From an uncultured Gammaproteobacteria bacterium (GTDB lineage Bacteria; Pseudomonadota; Gammaproteobacteria; CAWCPV01), in NCBI GenBank assembly GCA_963797555.1, contig CAWCPV010000004.1, positions 32,001 to 96,000 of the forward strand: DNA of 64,000 nt, read 5' to 3'. The stretch's first letter is position 1. Each line of letters begins with the position of its first letter. The notes beneath the pieces were generated by a model. It made no database searches and was not told where the DNA came from. It worked only from the letters and a program-made list of their open reading frames with translations. Both the position numbers and the translations under genes were made by a program. Positions 41,274-52,180 of this stretch are shown in pieces.

Positions 41274-42077
41274 TCAGCGCCGAGCGGGGCCTGCCGACTG
41301 CTCCCCGAGCGCTGCCCGCGCGCGCAGAAACCCCTGGGAGGACTTGACGGCGAAGCGCGGAACCTGCAGAAGCATCTGCTGCAGGGCGCGGGCCCTCTCC
41401 GGGTCGGCCAAATGAGATGCCCCATCGGCGCCGGGAAGGCGCCGGGCGACCGTGAGCATGGCATGGGGGTCGAAGCCGGCGTTCGAGAGGAGCCGCACGG
41501 CGTAGCGGTCTGCTTCGCGCTCCTTGGAGGGCTCGATCACCTGCGTGAGGGAGCCGATGGCGGCATAACGGGTGCCGCCGTCTTCCCGATTCCCTCCGCC
41601 GAACACGTCGAGGAGTTGCTCCCACAGCGTTGGTGGCGGGCCCGCACACAGATGCCCGGCGAGCTCGTGACCCATCTCGTGGCCAAGCACCGCGGCGAGC
41701 TCGGACTCGTTGTGCGCAAAAAGGAGGGTGCCGTCCGTTACGAACACGTGCCCATCGCCTACGGCGAAGGCATATACGGACCGGTCGCGGATGACGTGAA
41801 ACCGCCACCTCGGGGGTAGCTGCCCAGGGACTGGGGAAGCAGCGCGCGCGAGCCGCAACCCCAGCCCCTGCACGTAGGCCGCGATGGGATCCCCGGATGC
41901 TCGCAGCGGCCACTCTTCCTGAACCCTGCGCACCGTCGTTTGGGCTCCCTGCTCGTCACAGGGGGTGCCCGCAAGCGGCCATCCCAGACCACCGACGCCG
42001 CCCACCGCGAGCCACCAGACCGCGCCGACCCGAACGCCAGCCCGGCGTTGCAAGGCCCCTCGGGGAGCCGCCCTCAT
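41274..42077 (-). CDS. M48-family metallopeptidase
   Basis: WRFHVI.D...AFA..G.VFV.DG, ELAAVLGHEMGH and EREAD..A...L..AGFDP motifs. Confidence 0.82.
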   Translation of the reverse strand: MRAAPRGALQRRAGVRVGAVWWLAVGGVGGLGWPLAGTPCDEQGAQTTVRRVQEEWPLRASGDPIAAYVQGLGLRLARAASPVPGQLPPRWRFHVIRDRSVYAFAVGDGHVFVTDGTLLFAHNESELAAVLGHEMGHELAGHLCAGPPPTLWEQLLDVFGGGNREDGGTRYAAIGSLTQVIEPSKEREADRYAVRLLSNAGFDPHAMLTVARRLPGADGASHLADPERARALQQMLLQVPRFAVKSSQGFLRARAALGEQSAGPARR

Positions 42078-42694
42078 CCCGCCCCGACGTAGAAGACCGA
42101 AGTCTGGGAATCGGAGACGGTTCCGGCCTGAACCTTGTGCTCGATAACGTAAGTTCCGTGGGGGGCGTTCCCTGGTATCGGAATCCCGGCTTGTGCCACG
42201 TAGCCGCCGGCAGAGCGTTGTACGGGGGGCTGCGCGAGGTTGGCGAGCACTTTGCCGTCTTTGGTCAGCGCCCACGACTCGACCACATCGACCTGCGAGG
42301 TCCCAGGGGGCAGGATGACCGAGTAGTCCGTCGATACGTTGACTTCCTGGCCGGGCTGCACGTTCTGGGGCGCAGCGCTGGACTTGCGCACGACCACCGA
42401 GGTGCTGTCGGGTGGAGCCGTCAAGCCATAGATCCGGTTGTCCGACTGCGAAGAACGTACTTGAGCTGAACGATACTGGCTCACCTTCACGGTTCCCCAG
42501 CCGATGGCCGCTCCGGCCGCGGCGGACGCCAGGCATGCTGCCGTGTTACCATGCAGCGCGGTACAGAGCAGTCCGCCCGCCAGGCCGCCGACTGCCGCCC
42601 CCCCGAGCTGTTGGTTCTGTTCGGTGGTTGCGCAGCCTGCGGCGAGGCTTAGAGAAAGCGCAACCACGACTGCGCACTTCACTGGTCCAGACAT
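42074..42694 (-). CDS. Glycine-zipper lipoprotein
   Basis: Lipobox LAAGC, GGAAVGGLAGG...AAAGAAIG, and a beta-rich C-terminal domain. Confidence 0.75.
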   Translation of the reverse strand: MSGPVKCAVVVALSLSLAAGCATTEQNQQLGGAAVGGLAGGLLCTALHGNTAACLASAAAGAAIGWGTVKVSQYRSAQVRSSQSDNRIYGLTAPPDSTSVVVRKSSAAPQNVQPGQEVNVSTDYSVILPPGTSQVDVVESWALTKDGKVLANLAQPPVQRSAGGYVAQAGIPIPGNAPHGTYVIEHKVQAGTVSDSQTSVFYVGAG

Positions 42695-42745
42695 CGCTTT
42701 TCCTCCCTCAGTCATGAAGATGGGAATTCAGGATTGCGGCAACGC

Positions 42746-43924
42746 TCACTCGTGCCTAGTGCCCGCTGGCGCCGCGGCCGGGGACTCGAAGTATGGATCG
42801 CCGTCGGGAACAGCGGGAATGATCTCGGCGAGGCGATCCAACTGCTGCTTTATACCGCCGACCGGGGGCGGCTCGATGGCCTCGAAGTGTGCCCCCTCGT
42901 AGCTGAACTTGCCGCTGCCGGAGGGATACTCTATGCCTATCTTCAGCGCGTGGGACTCCCCGTCGGGGGGAATGTAGGAGCGGAATGTCAATACGTAATC
43001 ACTCTGCAGAATATTTTGGATGTCTTCGACGATGGCCTGCATCCGGTCGACTGTTTTCCCAACCGGAAAGTAGAGGCCGAAGGAGTTCTTGGAAAGCGCC
43101 TCCAGGTTCTTGAAGTGTTCCGGGCTGAGGTGGGAGTAGGCTATGGAATAGATCGGAATGGGAATGGCCAGGCTGGTGATTCGATTGTTGAGCTCTTCCC
43201 GGGACAGGGCGCTTCCCTCGTCTTTGCCGTCGGAGAGGACCACCACCGAGCAAGACACGACGAAGTTCTCCGGGCTAGGCGTCACCGATCCCTGTGCAGT
43301 CATGGCGCACATCTGCATCGCCGCACCGATCGCGTCGTACAGCCGAGTCCTGTGGCCATCCGCTTTAACGTCCATGAGGCGGCGCCCGAGTGCGGCGGCA
43401 TCCCGCTCGAACAGGGAGACCACCTGGTAGCCCTCAGGCGTGTCCCGGACTGACAGGATCGCCACCTCGTCCTGGGGCCGCTTGCTGTCGATGAACCGGG
43501 CGGCGGCGCGAAGGGCTGCATTGAACGGCGCGCCGGCCATGGATTTGCTCGCGTCCAGGACCAACACCGAGCGTATGGCCTCCTGGCGCTGCCTCAAAGT
43601 GTTCACGAGATACTGGCGCTTGGTCGGATCATAGGCCCGGCCCTTGACCATCAGCCCGATATTCCGTTCGTTCAGGTTCACGAGCGGCCGCATATTCGCG
43701 TCGAAGGTCCGGAAGTAGACCTGGACGAAGGGATACAGACCGTAGTTCACGGAATAGATCTTGAGGCCGTAGCCACCAGGAGCCCCGGGGGCGAAGGTCT
43801 GCGCCGCGCTCGGCGAGACACACAAGGGTGCCAGTAGGAAGAGCACCGCGGCGCAAATTGCGCGCAGCCATGTGTTCCTGCTGAAAACTTGGAAAGCAGG
43901 GGCGTCATCGGTGCACATCGGCAT
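42746..43924 (-). CDS. Exported VWA-domain protein
   Basis: Signal-like segment; MIDAS DASKS, TRLYDAI and LSDGKD motifs. Confidence 0.85.
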   Translation of the reverse strand: MPMCTDDAPAFQVFSRNTWLRAICAAVLFLLAPLCVSPSAAQTFAPGAPGGYGLKIYSVNYGLYPFVQVYFRTFDANMRPLVNLNERNIGLMVKGRAYDPTKRQYLVNTLRQRQEAIRSVLVLDASKSMAGAPFNAALRAAARFIDSKRPQDEVAILSVRDTPEGYQVVSLFERDAAALGRRLMDVKADGHRTRLYDAIGAAMQMCAMTAQGSVTPSPENFVVSCSVVVLSDGKDEGSALSREELNNRITSLAIPIPIYSIAYSHLSPEHFKNLEALSKNSFGLYFPVGKTVDRMQAIVEDIQNILQSDYVLTFRSYIPPDGESHALKIGIEYPSGSGKFSYEGAHFEAIEPPPVGGIKQQLDRLAEIIPAVPDGDPYFESPAAAPAGTRHE

Positions 43925-43959
43925 TTCCTCCCGGTTGGTGTGGTGTTGGATGCGTCGCT

Positions 43960-45711
43960 TCAATAGACCTTTTCCGTGCGCTTTGGAATGATCGTCCATT
44001 GCGTGTTCTCCTCGGACTTGGGCGAGTGTGCAGTCGACCGTCTCGGGGGCGCCTTCCGTTCCGCCCTGGCGCCGGTGGCGACGTCTCTGTCTCGCGACGT
44101 GCTGATCTGGGCCTGGACGGTCTGGCCCTTTGCCGCGGGACGAGTGTCGGGTCGGGGGGCTGGTGGAGGCTCCGGCGCCTGGGGGCCCGCAGAAGGTGGT
44201 AGCTCGTCCTCCCGCTTCAGATGCTGCTCGAGAATTTCCATTGCGGTCGGCTCGGACGGCGCCGTGGCGGAGGTCGAGGCTGTCTCGGCGCTGACGGGCG
44301 GCTTCGCTGCTACGGGCGCAGGACCGGTCTTTGTAACCGGTGCGGGGCCGCTTTTTGCGCCGGCGGTCTGGGGAAGCGCAGGCGTCTCGACCGGATGGGT
44401 CTCCTGTGGGAGCTCAGGTCCGCGCCCGGCGGCGGGGGGGACCTGCGGGGTTGGGCTGGGCCGCCGCTCGACCGAAACCGGGTGCGGACCGCTCTGGTAG
44501 TTCCACCAGATACCGATGGACGCCGCGGCGGCGACCGCGGTCAGCACGGTCACCGTCACCCATGGCCTTCGGGTTCGGGTTACCGGCCTGGATGGCCGGG
44601 CCACCCCCGGCGCCGTTGTCGGGATTCTGAGGCTGTGAGGTGCGGTCACGGGCCGCGCCGCGGCTCCCGTCACCCGGACCGTCTTGGTATTGGGGACAGA
44701 AACGTTCACCTCTCCCGCCTGAAGTGCTTCCGTGAATTCCCGGATCGACTGCTGGCGGTTGTTGGGGTTCAGCTCCAAGGCCCGCAGGAGCGTCTCATCG
44801 AGCGTCGACGGCAGACCGGGTACCTTGGACGACGGCGGGGCAACCTCCTTGCCGGCCAGCCGTTCGTTCACGGCTGGTGGAGTGTCTCCGGTCAAGAGCA
44901 TGTAAACCGTTGCGGCGAGCGCGTAGATGTCCGACCGCGGGTCGGTGCCGGTACCCATGACCTGCTCGGGCGGGCTGAAGCCATAGGAGGCCGCACGGGC
45001 CTGCAAGCGGGTCATGGAGGAGGGAGTCGACTCCTTGGCGATGCCGAAGTCGATGAGCATGACCCGGTCGCTGTCGTCGAGCAGAATATTCTCCGGCTTG
45101 AGGTCCCGATGGACGATGGGGGGCTGCTGGGAGTGCAGGTAGGCGAGCACCTCGCAGAGCTGGCGCATCCACGGGAGCAGAACAGGCAGCGCGATGCGGC
45201 CCCCCACGCGGATCCTCTCGGTTTCCAGGGTGCGACTGCCTCCGAACTCGAGCACCAAGTACATCATCTCCCCGACAGTGAAGCGGTCGATGATGTCCGG
45301 TATCGAGGGATGGCTGAGTCGGCTGAGAACCTCGATTTCCTGCTCGTCGAATTGAGGCTTGGGGATCTCCTTCAGGGCACGTTTCTTGTCCTTGAGGCGC
45401 ATGTCCTCGACGAGGTAGGTCGCCGCGAACCCACCTTTCCCGAGGATTCCTTTTATCCGATAGCGGTCTTGGATGACGTCCCCGGGGGGGTGGAGCCACC
45501 CAAGAATGCCGCGTACCGAGCCATTCGGTGCAACGTCGAGATGCGCGAGATCGAAGCCGCAGTGCTGGCAGCGTGTGTTGGACGGACCCAGGGCCGCCGG
45601 ATCGTTCGCCCCGCCGCACTTCGGACAGGTTCTCCCCCCGGAGTCTGGCTCGAGGGTCCGAACGCCGTCCTTCGAGCTCCCCTCGGGCGCGGCGTCAACG
45701 ATCTGGTTCAT
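43960..45711 (-). CDS. Membrane Ser/Thr protein kinase with N-terminal zinc ribbon
   Basis: CPKC...CQHC, GKGGFA, ALKE, HRDLKPEN, DFG and PPEQ motifs; one TM segment and a Pro-rich tail. Confidence 0.9.
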   Translation of the reverse strand: MNQIVDAAPEGSSKDGVRTLEPDSGGRTCPKCGGANDPAALGPSNTRCQHCGFDLAHLDVAPNGSVRGILGWLHPPGDVIQDRYRIKGILGKGGFAATYLVEDMRLKDKKRALKEIPKPQFDEQEIEVLSRLSHPSIPDIIDRFTVGEMMYLVLEFGGSRTLETERIRVGGRIALPVLLPWMRQLCEVLAYLHSQQPPIVHRDLKPENILLDDSDRVMLIDFGIAKESTPSSMTRLQARAASYGFSPPEQVMGTGTDPRSDIYALAATVYMLLTGDTPPAVNERLAGKEVAPPSSKVPGLPSTLDETLLRALELNPNNRQQSIREFTEALQAGEVNVSVPNTKTVRVTGAAARPVTAPHSLRIPTTAPGVARPSRPVTRTRRPWVTVTVLTAVAAAASIGIWWNYQSGPHPVSVERRPSPTPQVPPAAGRGPELPQETHPVETPALPQTAGAKSGPAPVTKTGPAPVAAKPPVSAETASTSATAPSEPTAMEILEQHLKREDELPPSAGPQAPEPPPAPRPDTRPAAKGQTVQAQISTSRDRDVATGARAERKAPPRRSTAHSPKSEENTQWTIIPKRTEKVY

Positions 45712-48015
45712 CGTCCCTCGCGATCCTTTAGTTTCAGCCCCAGGAGGGCAACGACCAGGAACACCAGTCCCAGTGCGGCGACTGCCGCCAGGTCGCCCCA
45801 GTAGCCGCCCGATAGCGGCACCACCGGCTGACCCGCGAGATCTCGCGCCGAGGGTGCCCGGGCCGAGGGTCGCTTTGGCGGCGTCGAAGGCCCAGAACGA
45901 TATCATCGTGACCTTTGCGGTGGCGAGGGCCAGTCCCTGCAACCTCACGACGGCGTCCGCCAGGACCACCTGGGGGACGAGCAGAATGGGAACGACCGCG
46001 ATCGCCTTGTCGTTGGTGCCGACAAACGCGCTGACAGCCAGCCCCATGTTGGTTGCGGCCATCGCGGCGGCGAATAGCGCGAGCAGGCGCTTCCCGGTAT
46101 CGCCTTCGAGCGGTACGAACGGCGCAACGACGCAGAGCAACAACACGCACTGGATACCACAAAGAACCGCAAGCGGGATCAGCTTGCTGGCCACATAGGG
46201 CGCAATGCGGAGATTGACCGACCGCTCCCGCAGGTAGACGGGAAGCTCCTTCACGATCTCCCGGGCGGAGTTGAGGCATCCGAACCAGATCGCGGCCAGA
46301 ACGAGGACGAACGTGACTTGGCCGTGCAGCGCTGCGGGGAGGGGGCCATCGGTGTGGAAGACCAGAGCCACCACGCCCGCGATCGCCGGCGCCTGCAGCA
46401 GCAGGATTGCCAGGTTCCGCCGGTCCGCCAGCAGGAGGTCGAGATACCGCCGTATCAGGATCCCGGCCTGAGACAGAGCAAACGAGCCTCCGGGCTCGCT
46501 GACGATTGTGGCCGGAACCCCTGCCGCTGCGTCGTTATCGGCGCCGCTCGGCAGCGCCATGCGCGCCGCGACGTATTTTTGATAGTGCTCGCTGCCGGCG
46601 AAGCGCCCCGCCCACTCGGGCCCAGGGGCCGTCTCGAGCACATCATAGACCTCCGCCAGCCGCCGTACGCCGAAGAACTCCGGGGCATCTCCGGGAGGCC
46701 CGAAAAACACCAGACGTCCCTGATGGAGCAGCGCCACGAGGTGGCAAGCGTCGATGTTCTCGAGGCTGTGCGTGACGCAGATCACCGTCTTGTGGTCCGA
46801 GGCCAGATCGGCGAACAAATGCATCATGCGCTTGTCGGTAGCGGCATCCAGGCCACTCGTGACCTCGTCGAGGAATAGCAGATTCGGGTTCGCAACCAAC
46901 TCCACGGCCAGGCTGACTCGTTTGAGCTGACCGCCGCTCAACGGCGCGGGCGTATCGATGCGAAACGTGGCCTTCTCGCCGAGACCCACCCGCTCCAGCA
47001 CTCGGGCGATGTGGTCGTCGATCTCTCCGTTCGACGTATCCGGAGGCAGCCGGAGCCGAGCGGTGTAGCGCAGAGCGTGATCGATGGTAATCCGCCGGTG
47101 AACGATGTCCTGCTGGGGCACGTATCCGATGGCCGAGCGGAACTGGTCGAAGGCATCGTACAGACTGGACCCGTTGTAGAGCACCCGGCCGCCGGTCGCC
47201 GCGCGGCGTCCGCTCAGAGCATCGAGCAGCGTAGACTTGCCGGAGCCGCTGCTGCCAAACACGCCCACGAACTCGCCCGGCTCTACGGTCAGGTCGATAT
47301 CGTCGAGGAGACGACGCGTGGACTGCCCCGTGCGGTCACGAACCTCCTTGTAGAGCCCCTGGGCCTGCACGCGCACGGTTCCGCTGAGGTCTACCGGCTC
47401 CAGGGCCTCTCCCGTGAAGGAGAAGACGAACGTCGCGATCTCGACACGATCGCCGGGTTGAAGCGCTGTCCTGTCCGCGACACGGCGCCCATTCACGAAC
47501 ACGCCGTTGGTGCTCTGCAGATCCTCCAGGATGACTCGCGAGGGCTCGCAGATGAGCCTCGCATGGTGTCGCGACACCAAGGGCGAGGGGAGAGTGAAGT
47601 CGCACTCGGGGAGTCGTCCGATGGTGAGCACCGTGCTGGCGCGAGGACCCTGCGGGCTGGCGTCGGAGGGCCAGGTCGGCGCGGTGGTCTTGTCGGTGAC
47701 CACCCTTAGCTGAAAGGGCGTTTGTCCGAGGAGCAGCCAGTCCCCGTCGCCGATGGCCGAGGGGGCACGGATGGACAGGCCATTCACGGCGATAGCGTCG
47801 CTACCTACCGGCTCGACGGACAGCGCCGCGCCGGTGAAGCGAAACCGGGCATGCCGGGCCGCGATCCCAGCGCCCCCGAGAACGATATCGCTCCCGGCAT
47901 CGCTGCCGAGCACGTAGTCCCTTCCGGCAGACAGGTCCACACGGGTCCGCTGGCGGGTGAAGGAGCTCAGGAGTTCGACCTGCGCGCCTGGCTCACTCGC
48001 CGTGTTGTCCGCCAT
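45708..48015 (-). CDS. FHA-FHA-ABC ATPase-ABC2 permease (Rv1747-like; frameshift near 45845)
   Basis: FHA IGR...SRHHA...STNG, a degenerate first FHA, GSSGSGKS, LSGGQ and FLDE. The last TM helix (YWGDLAAVAALGLVFLVVALLGL...R*) is in a shifted frame ending at the kinase ATG. Confidence 0.88.
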
Positions 48016-48527
48016 GTAGCCGTATCCTCGCTATACGGGGATCATGCGCACGCGGAGCCTCCGGCGGACTCGCGCGAACCGCTTCGGGCAAGGGACGACA
48101 GCGGGCTGTGCGGTGTGTGGGTCCCGCCGGCGCTGTTCGTTCGTCCCGATCTCTTCGCCGCGCGGGCTGCCGCTGCGCCGGGCATCTCCCCTGACAGCCC
48201 GGTTTCGACGGGTCGGTCCACGGCGGACACGCTGGCGGATGGACCGGAGCTTCGGCATCGGAGTCCTCCCTGGCATTGGGGACCTCCTCCGATGCAAAAC
48301 AGCGGCTGAGTGCGCACGGCCGGTGCGTTGCGGGAAGGAGATCAACCCGGTCACCTGCCGGAGCCTCCAGTGACCGCCGAGACATCCGGCCGCCATGCTC
48401 TTCGGGTTCCACCCGGACGGCCTCGCGCACGGCGGCTATGGGGAGGCCACCCCCTCATTTGCCGGATGAACCCCAAAAAGGCCAAGTTCCTATCCGTCAG
48501 CACGCGACATCGGTCCGTCGCCACACT

Positions 48528-49352
48528 TCACGACAAGAACTGCCCGACCAGAATAAGGACGAGCATCATCAGGCCAAAAGTCACTAAAACAAATCCGAAG
48601 GACTTGCCGCCCACGCGAAGCCATTTTGGAGGAGGTCCGGTTCTCCGCTTGTCAAGCTCCCGGGTGTCTCTGAGCCTCTGAAGCTCCAGGGGCTTGTCGT
48701 GCTCCATTTCCTCCAGGGAGAGCCTCCCCGTAAAAATAACCGTGTCCATGGGAAATTTTTCCGGCCTAAGGTGAGTGTTAAAGAAGTGTATGGTGAAGAT
48801 GAAGCCGGCGGCAAGCAGCGCCTCTTCGCTGTGTATTATGTGCGCCACATTGAATATCCATCCAGGCAGAAACCGGCTGAAGAGATCCGGAAACCAGAGC
48901 AGGAGCCCCGAGAGTCCTATCATTCCTACGCCCCAGAAGACTGCCCAATAGTCGAACTTCTCCCAGTACGTCCATCTGTCGAAAACGGGCCGAACGCCCA
49001 GGCCCAGGAACCACTTGAAGCTTTGATAAACGTCCTGGATGTCTCTCCAATTTGGCACCATGGACTCGGGTCCAAAAATATCGAAGCGAAATCTCTTTTT
49101 GACAGCGATGAAGTAAGCCACGAACAGGAGGTGAGCACTGAAGTACCCGAAGGTTATGACAGCACATGCTCTGTGGATAAGACCCGCCATCTTGTACCCG
49201 CCGAGAATCCTCATGAATGGCGCCGCCCAGGCCGCGTAATGGTATTTGAGGGGCATCCCGGTTATGACCAGACCGAGGAAACTAATGGCCACGAAGACGT
49301 GCAGGACCCTGTGGTAGGGGCTCAAGCGCTTTATGTAGACGGCTTCATCCAT
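48528..49352 (-). CDS. FdnI/HydC-like di-heme cytochrome b
   Basis: [26 protein letters not shown] and [18 protein letters not shown] motifs. Confidence 0.88.
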   Translation of the reverse strand: MDEAVYIKRLSPYHRVLHVFVAISFLGLVITGMPLKYHYAAWAAPFMRILGGYKMAGLIHRACAVITFGYFSAHLLFVAYFIAVKKRFRFDIFGPESMVPNWRDIQDVYQSFKWFLGLGVRPVFDRWTYWEKFDYWAVFWGVGMIGLSGLLLWFPDLFSRFLPGWIFNVAHIIHSEEALLAAGFIFTIHFFNTHLRPEKFPMDTVIFTGRLSLEEMEHDKPLELQRLRDTRELDKRRTGPPPKWLRVGGKSFGFVLVTFGLMMLVLILVGQFLS

Positions 49353-50319
49353 TTCCTTCACCCCGTTTCCGTTCGAGAAGCGTGCGTAATATCCACAGAA
49401 AAGTATGCAGCAGGAAAAAAGCAAATACGCCGATGAGAAGGATCTTCATGAACCAGTGCGTGTAGAAAAGAACGGGGTATTTCGCCCTATTGTGTTCGTC
49501 GGGGTGAGGATGGTACTCGGTGATGCCCCGGCCTGCGAATAGGTGGCATGTTCGGCAGGTGCCGAGGATTTTGCCGCTCGAGATGGTCGAAGCCGCCGCG
49601 CTTTTTGGCAAGATCTCGTGGAAGCCGTGACAGTCCGAACATTTGGCAACGGTGGTGTATCCGAGGTGGGTAACCTCGCCGTGTATTGTCTTACGGTAGG
49701 TCTCCAGCCTGTGCTTGTGGCAGCCACCGCACTCCTCGATTAGCCAGAGCTTCCAGCGATCTTCCGTCACTCGAGGCGCCGCGTGCTCCATGTGGCAGTC
49801 ATAGCAAATGGCAGCCTTCAGATCGCCCTTCTCGAGGACCTCGGTGCCATGGATACTGCGGCTGTATATCTTATATTCGAAATAATGGCAACCGGAGCAC
49901 AGCTTAGGGACATTTTGCCTGTAAGTCCTCGAATCAGGGTTGTCAGATGGAAGGATTTGGTGCGTGCCGTGGCAGGTCTTGCACGCAGGCCCGGACCCTT
50001 TTCGCACCGCTTCTGCATGAGGGCTCTGGCTGTAGGCACGGGCCGCTTTCTGTGAGGCGCCCAGACCGCCGGTCAGGTGGCAGGAGTCGCAGTCCACCCT
50101 GTGGACCGTCCCGTGAGGGTAGCCCTTGACCCTGGTGTGGCATTGGGTGCACTTGAGGGCTTTGTGGACAGACTGGCGCAAAAGGGACTCATCTATATAT
50201 GGCGTCATCCCTTTCTGGCCGTGGCACGAAAGGCAGGACTCCTGTGCGCGAGCTTGGTGAGGAACAGAGAGTGCAATGAGCCCTGAGGCGAACAAGACCG
50301 CCGATGCGATATAACGCAC
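49345..50319 (-). CDS. Nonaheme c-type cytochrome with C-terminal membrane anchor
   Basis: Nine CxxCH motifs (CLSCH, CTQCH, CDSCH, CKTCH, CSGCH, CYDCH, CGGCH, CSDCH, CRTCH); signal peptide and C-terminal TM segment. Confidence 0.92.
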   Translation of the reverse strand: MRYIASAVLFASGLIALSVPHQARAQESCLSCHGQKGMTPYIDESLLRQSVHKALKCTQCHTRVKGYPHGTVHRVDCDSCHLTGGLGASQKAARAYSQSPHAEAVRKGSGPACKTCHGTHQILPSDNPDSRTYRQNVPKLCSGCHYFEYKIYSRSIHGTEVLEKGDLKAAICYDCHMEHAAPRVTEDRWKLWLIEECGGCHKHRLETYRKTIHGEVTHLGYTTVAKCSDCHGFHEILPKSAAASTISSGKILGTCRTCHLFAGRGITEYHPHPDEHNRAKYPVLFYTHWFMKILLIGVFAFFLLHTFLWILRTLLERKRGEGNG

Positions 50320-50576
50320 TTATCCTCCTCCCCGGCCCCGTGATGGCAAAATAGGAAACCGGGTTCCCTTATCCCTTAGGCTTCAAGAAAGGGGCGAGCG
50401 CCGTGGCCTTGCCCTTACAAGACTGCGGCACTCTCGCGCGTGTCCAGTTTCAGGCGGAGGCCGGTCGGCCGCACCCTGGCATCGATGAGAACGTCGACGA
50501 TCCCCGCGGCCCCCGGCAAGCCCACCTGCGCGACTCCCCCGGCGGGCTGGGCTCGGAGACCGCATCATATCCCAAT

Positions 50577-50732
50577 CTAGGCTGTAGTGCCTGCGGCGCT
50601 TCGCACCCCCTGCTTGCAGGACCCCTGACGAGTGAGCTTCATGAAGCGAAGGGACAGCATCATGAACCGCCAGATCTGGCGCACGAAGCTAGTCTGACGA
50701 CGCTTGTCGGCCTTGGTGATGATGTATTGCAT
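50577..50732 (-). CDS. Small basic protein downstream of sqr
   Basis: AAGGAGG RBS right after the sqr stop; MQYIITKADKRRQTSFVRQIWRFMMLSLRFMKL is amphipathic. Confidence 0.55.
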   Translation of the reverse strand: MQYIITKADKRRQTSFVRQIWRFMMLSLRFMKLTRQGSCKQGVRSAAGTTA

Positions 50733-50745
50733 GGCTGCTCCTCCT

Positions 50746-52180
50746 TCAGGGAAGGTGCTTCCACATGGGCTTGGCACTCAGCTTGTAAAGGAACGCATGA
50801 TGGAGGCCTTTTTTGAGCCACGCGCCGGCAAGCCCCATTTCCACTGTGCTCCCACCGAACGTCTCGGCCGTGTTCCGGATAGAGCTGACGGTTGCGCACG
50901 ATGGGGTAGATTCCGATCACCGCGGCCGAGCCCCGGGTCCAGGAGTTCTTCATAGAAGCGATGCACATGCCCGCGGTTTCTGCCAACGAGGCCGAGTGGC
51001 ATGGCTCGCGTCCCTGGATCATCTCCGCGACGTTCAGTGCCGCCGCCTTGCCAGTCAGCTCGGAGGTGTAACCGGTACGGGGAATCGCGGGACTGATCGG
51101 AGTGCCATGGGAGGAGACACAAGGCTTGGACATGCAGCCAGGCGGCGCGAAGGCGATGCCTACGGCGAACAGGTTCTTGTAGGTTGGGTTCTGGTAAGTC
51201 GAGGGCCAGTCACGGGCATCCAGCTCCTTGTAAGGTTTGCCGTAGACCGCGTCCACCTTCATGAAGCCGGCCGGGTTCAGCAGCTTGTCGGATAGATCGT
51301 TCCCTTCCCGGTCAAGATAACGTATCGGCTTTCCCCTGAACGGAGGGATGAGCATGGCGAAGTCGTAGGGGATCTCACCGTACTCGCCGTCTTCGTTCTC
51401 GGTGTAAATGCGCTGCTCGTCCACTTTGTGGACAGCGGTCTTCACCTGCCATTGGATGCCGTAGTCAGCGAACACGGCCCGGCACATATCCTCCGAAGTG
51501 AACAGAACCGATCCCATCCGAGCCTCGAACCCGTCGATCCCGAAGTCGCCCGGGCACGGTTCGTTGGAAACCCACTTGAGATCGACCTGATCTCGGACTT
51601 TGCGATCCACCAAGTCGTTGTGAACCAGGGAAATGAACTCGAAGGCGGCACCCTGGCAGGTGCAGGCGCCGTGCCCGGTACCGACGACAATGGTGGCACG
51701 TCGGCCCCTCTTGAGCTCTTCCACCAGCTCCAGATAACGCTGGGCTGTCTGCTTGGCGTGGTCCGGGGTGCAGACGGAGTACGTGTGGCCTTTTTCGGGC
51801 CCGAGCCCAGGGGTCGCATCGAAGTTGAGGTGCGGACCCGTGGCGTTGATGAGGTAATCGTAACTGAGGCGGAGAGGTTCCGTGCTTGCATTGCCGCGCG
51901 GCTCCACGACCACATACTGCTCGTCCGGATGCACCTCGGTGGCGAGGCCCTGAACGAAAGAGATACCCAGTCGGTCGTACACGGGCTTCAGCTCGAACTG
52001 GGCTTTTTCCGGCTCGATCTGGCCGATGCCAACCCAGATCATTGACGGGATGTACGTGAACATCGGCGTCGGGTTGACCACTACGATCTCGTGGTTACCC
52101 TTGCCTTTCAGAGCATCTTGCAGAATCAGCGCGGCATACTGGCCGGCGAAGCCGGCACCCAGAATAACTGTCTTCGACAT
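50746..52180 (-). CDS. sqr: Sulfide:quinone oxidoreductase family flavoprotein (frameshift near 50860)
   Basis: GAGFAG, YDYLINATG, SVCT..HA, CTCQGAAFE, MLIPPF, PRTGY and C.A motifs. The C-terminal amphipathic helix GLAGAWLKKGLHHAFLYKL is in the shifted frame. Confidence 0.82.

Noticed and set aside
43960-48015. 1351-aa FHA-ABC-permease-kinase fusion in the ORF track
   Set aside because: The linker reads as off-frame junk. Another frame encodes the missing last TM helix and stops at an ATGA overlap with the kinase start, so these are two genes joined by a frameshift.
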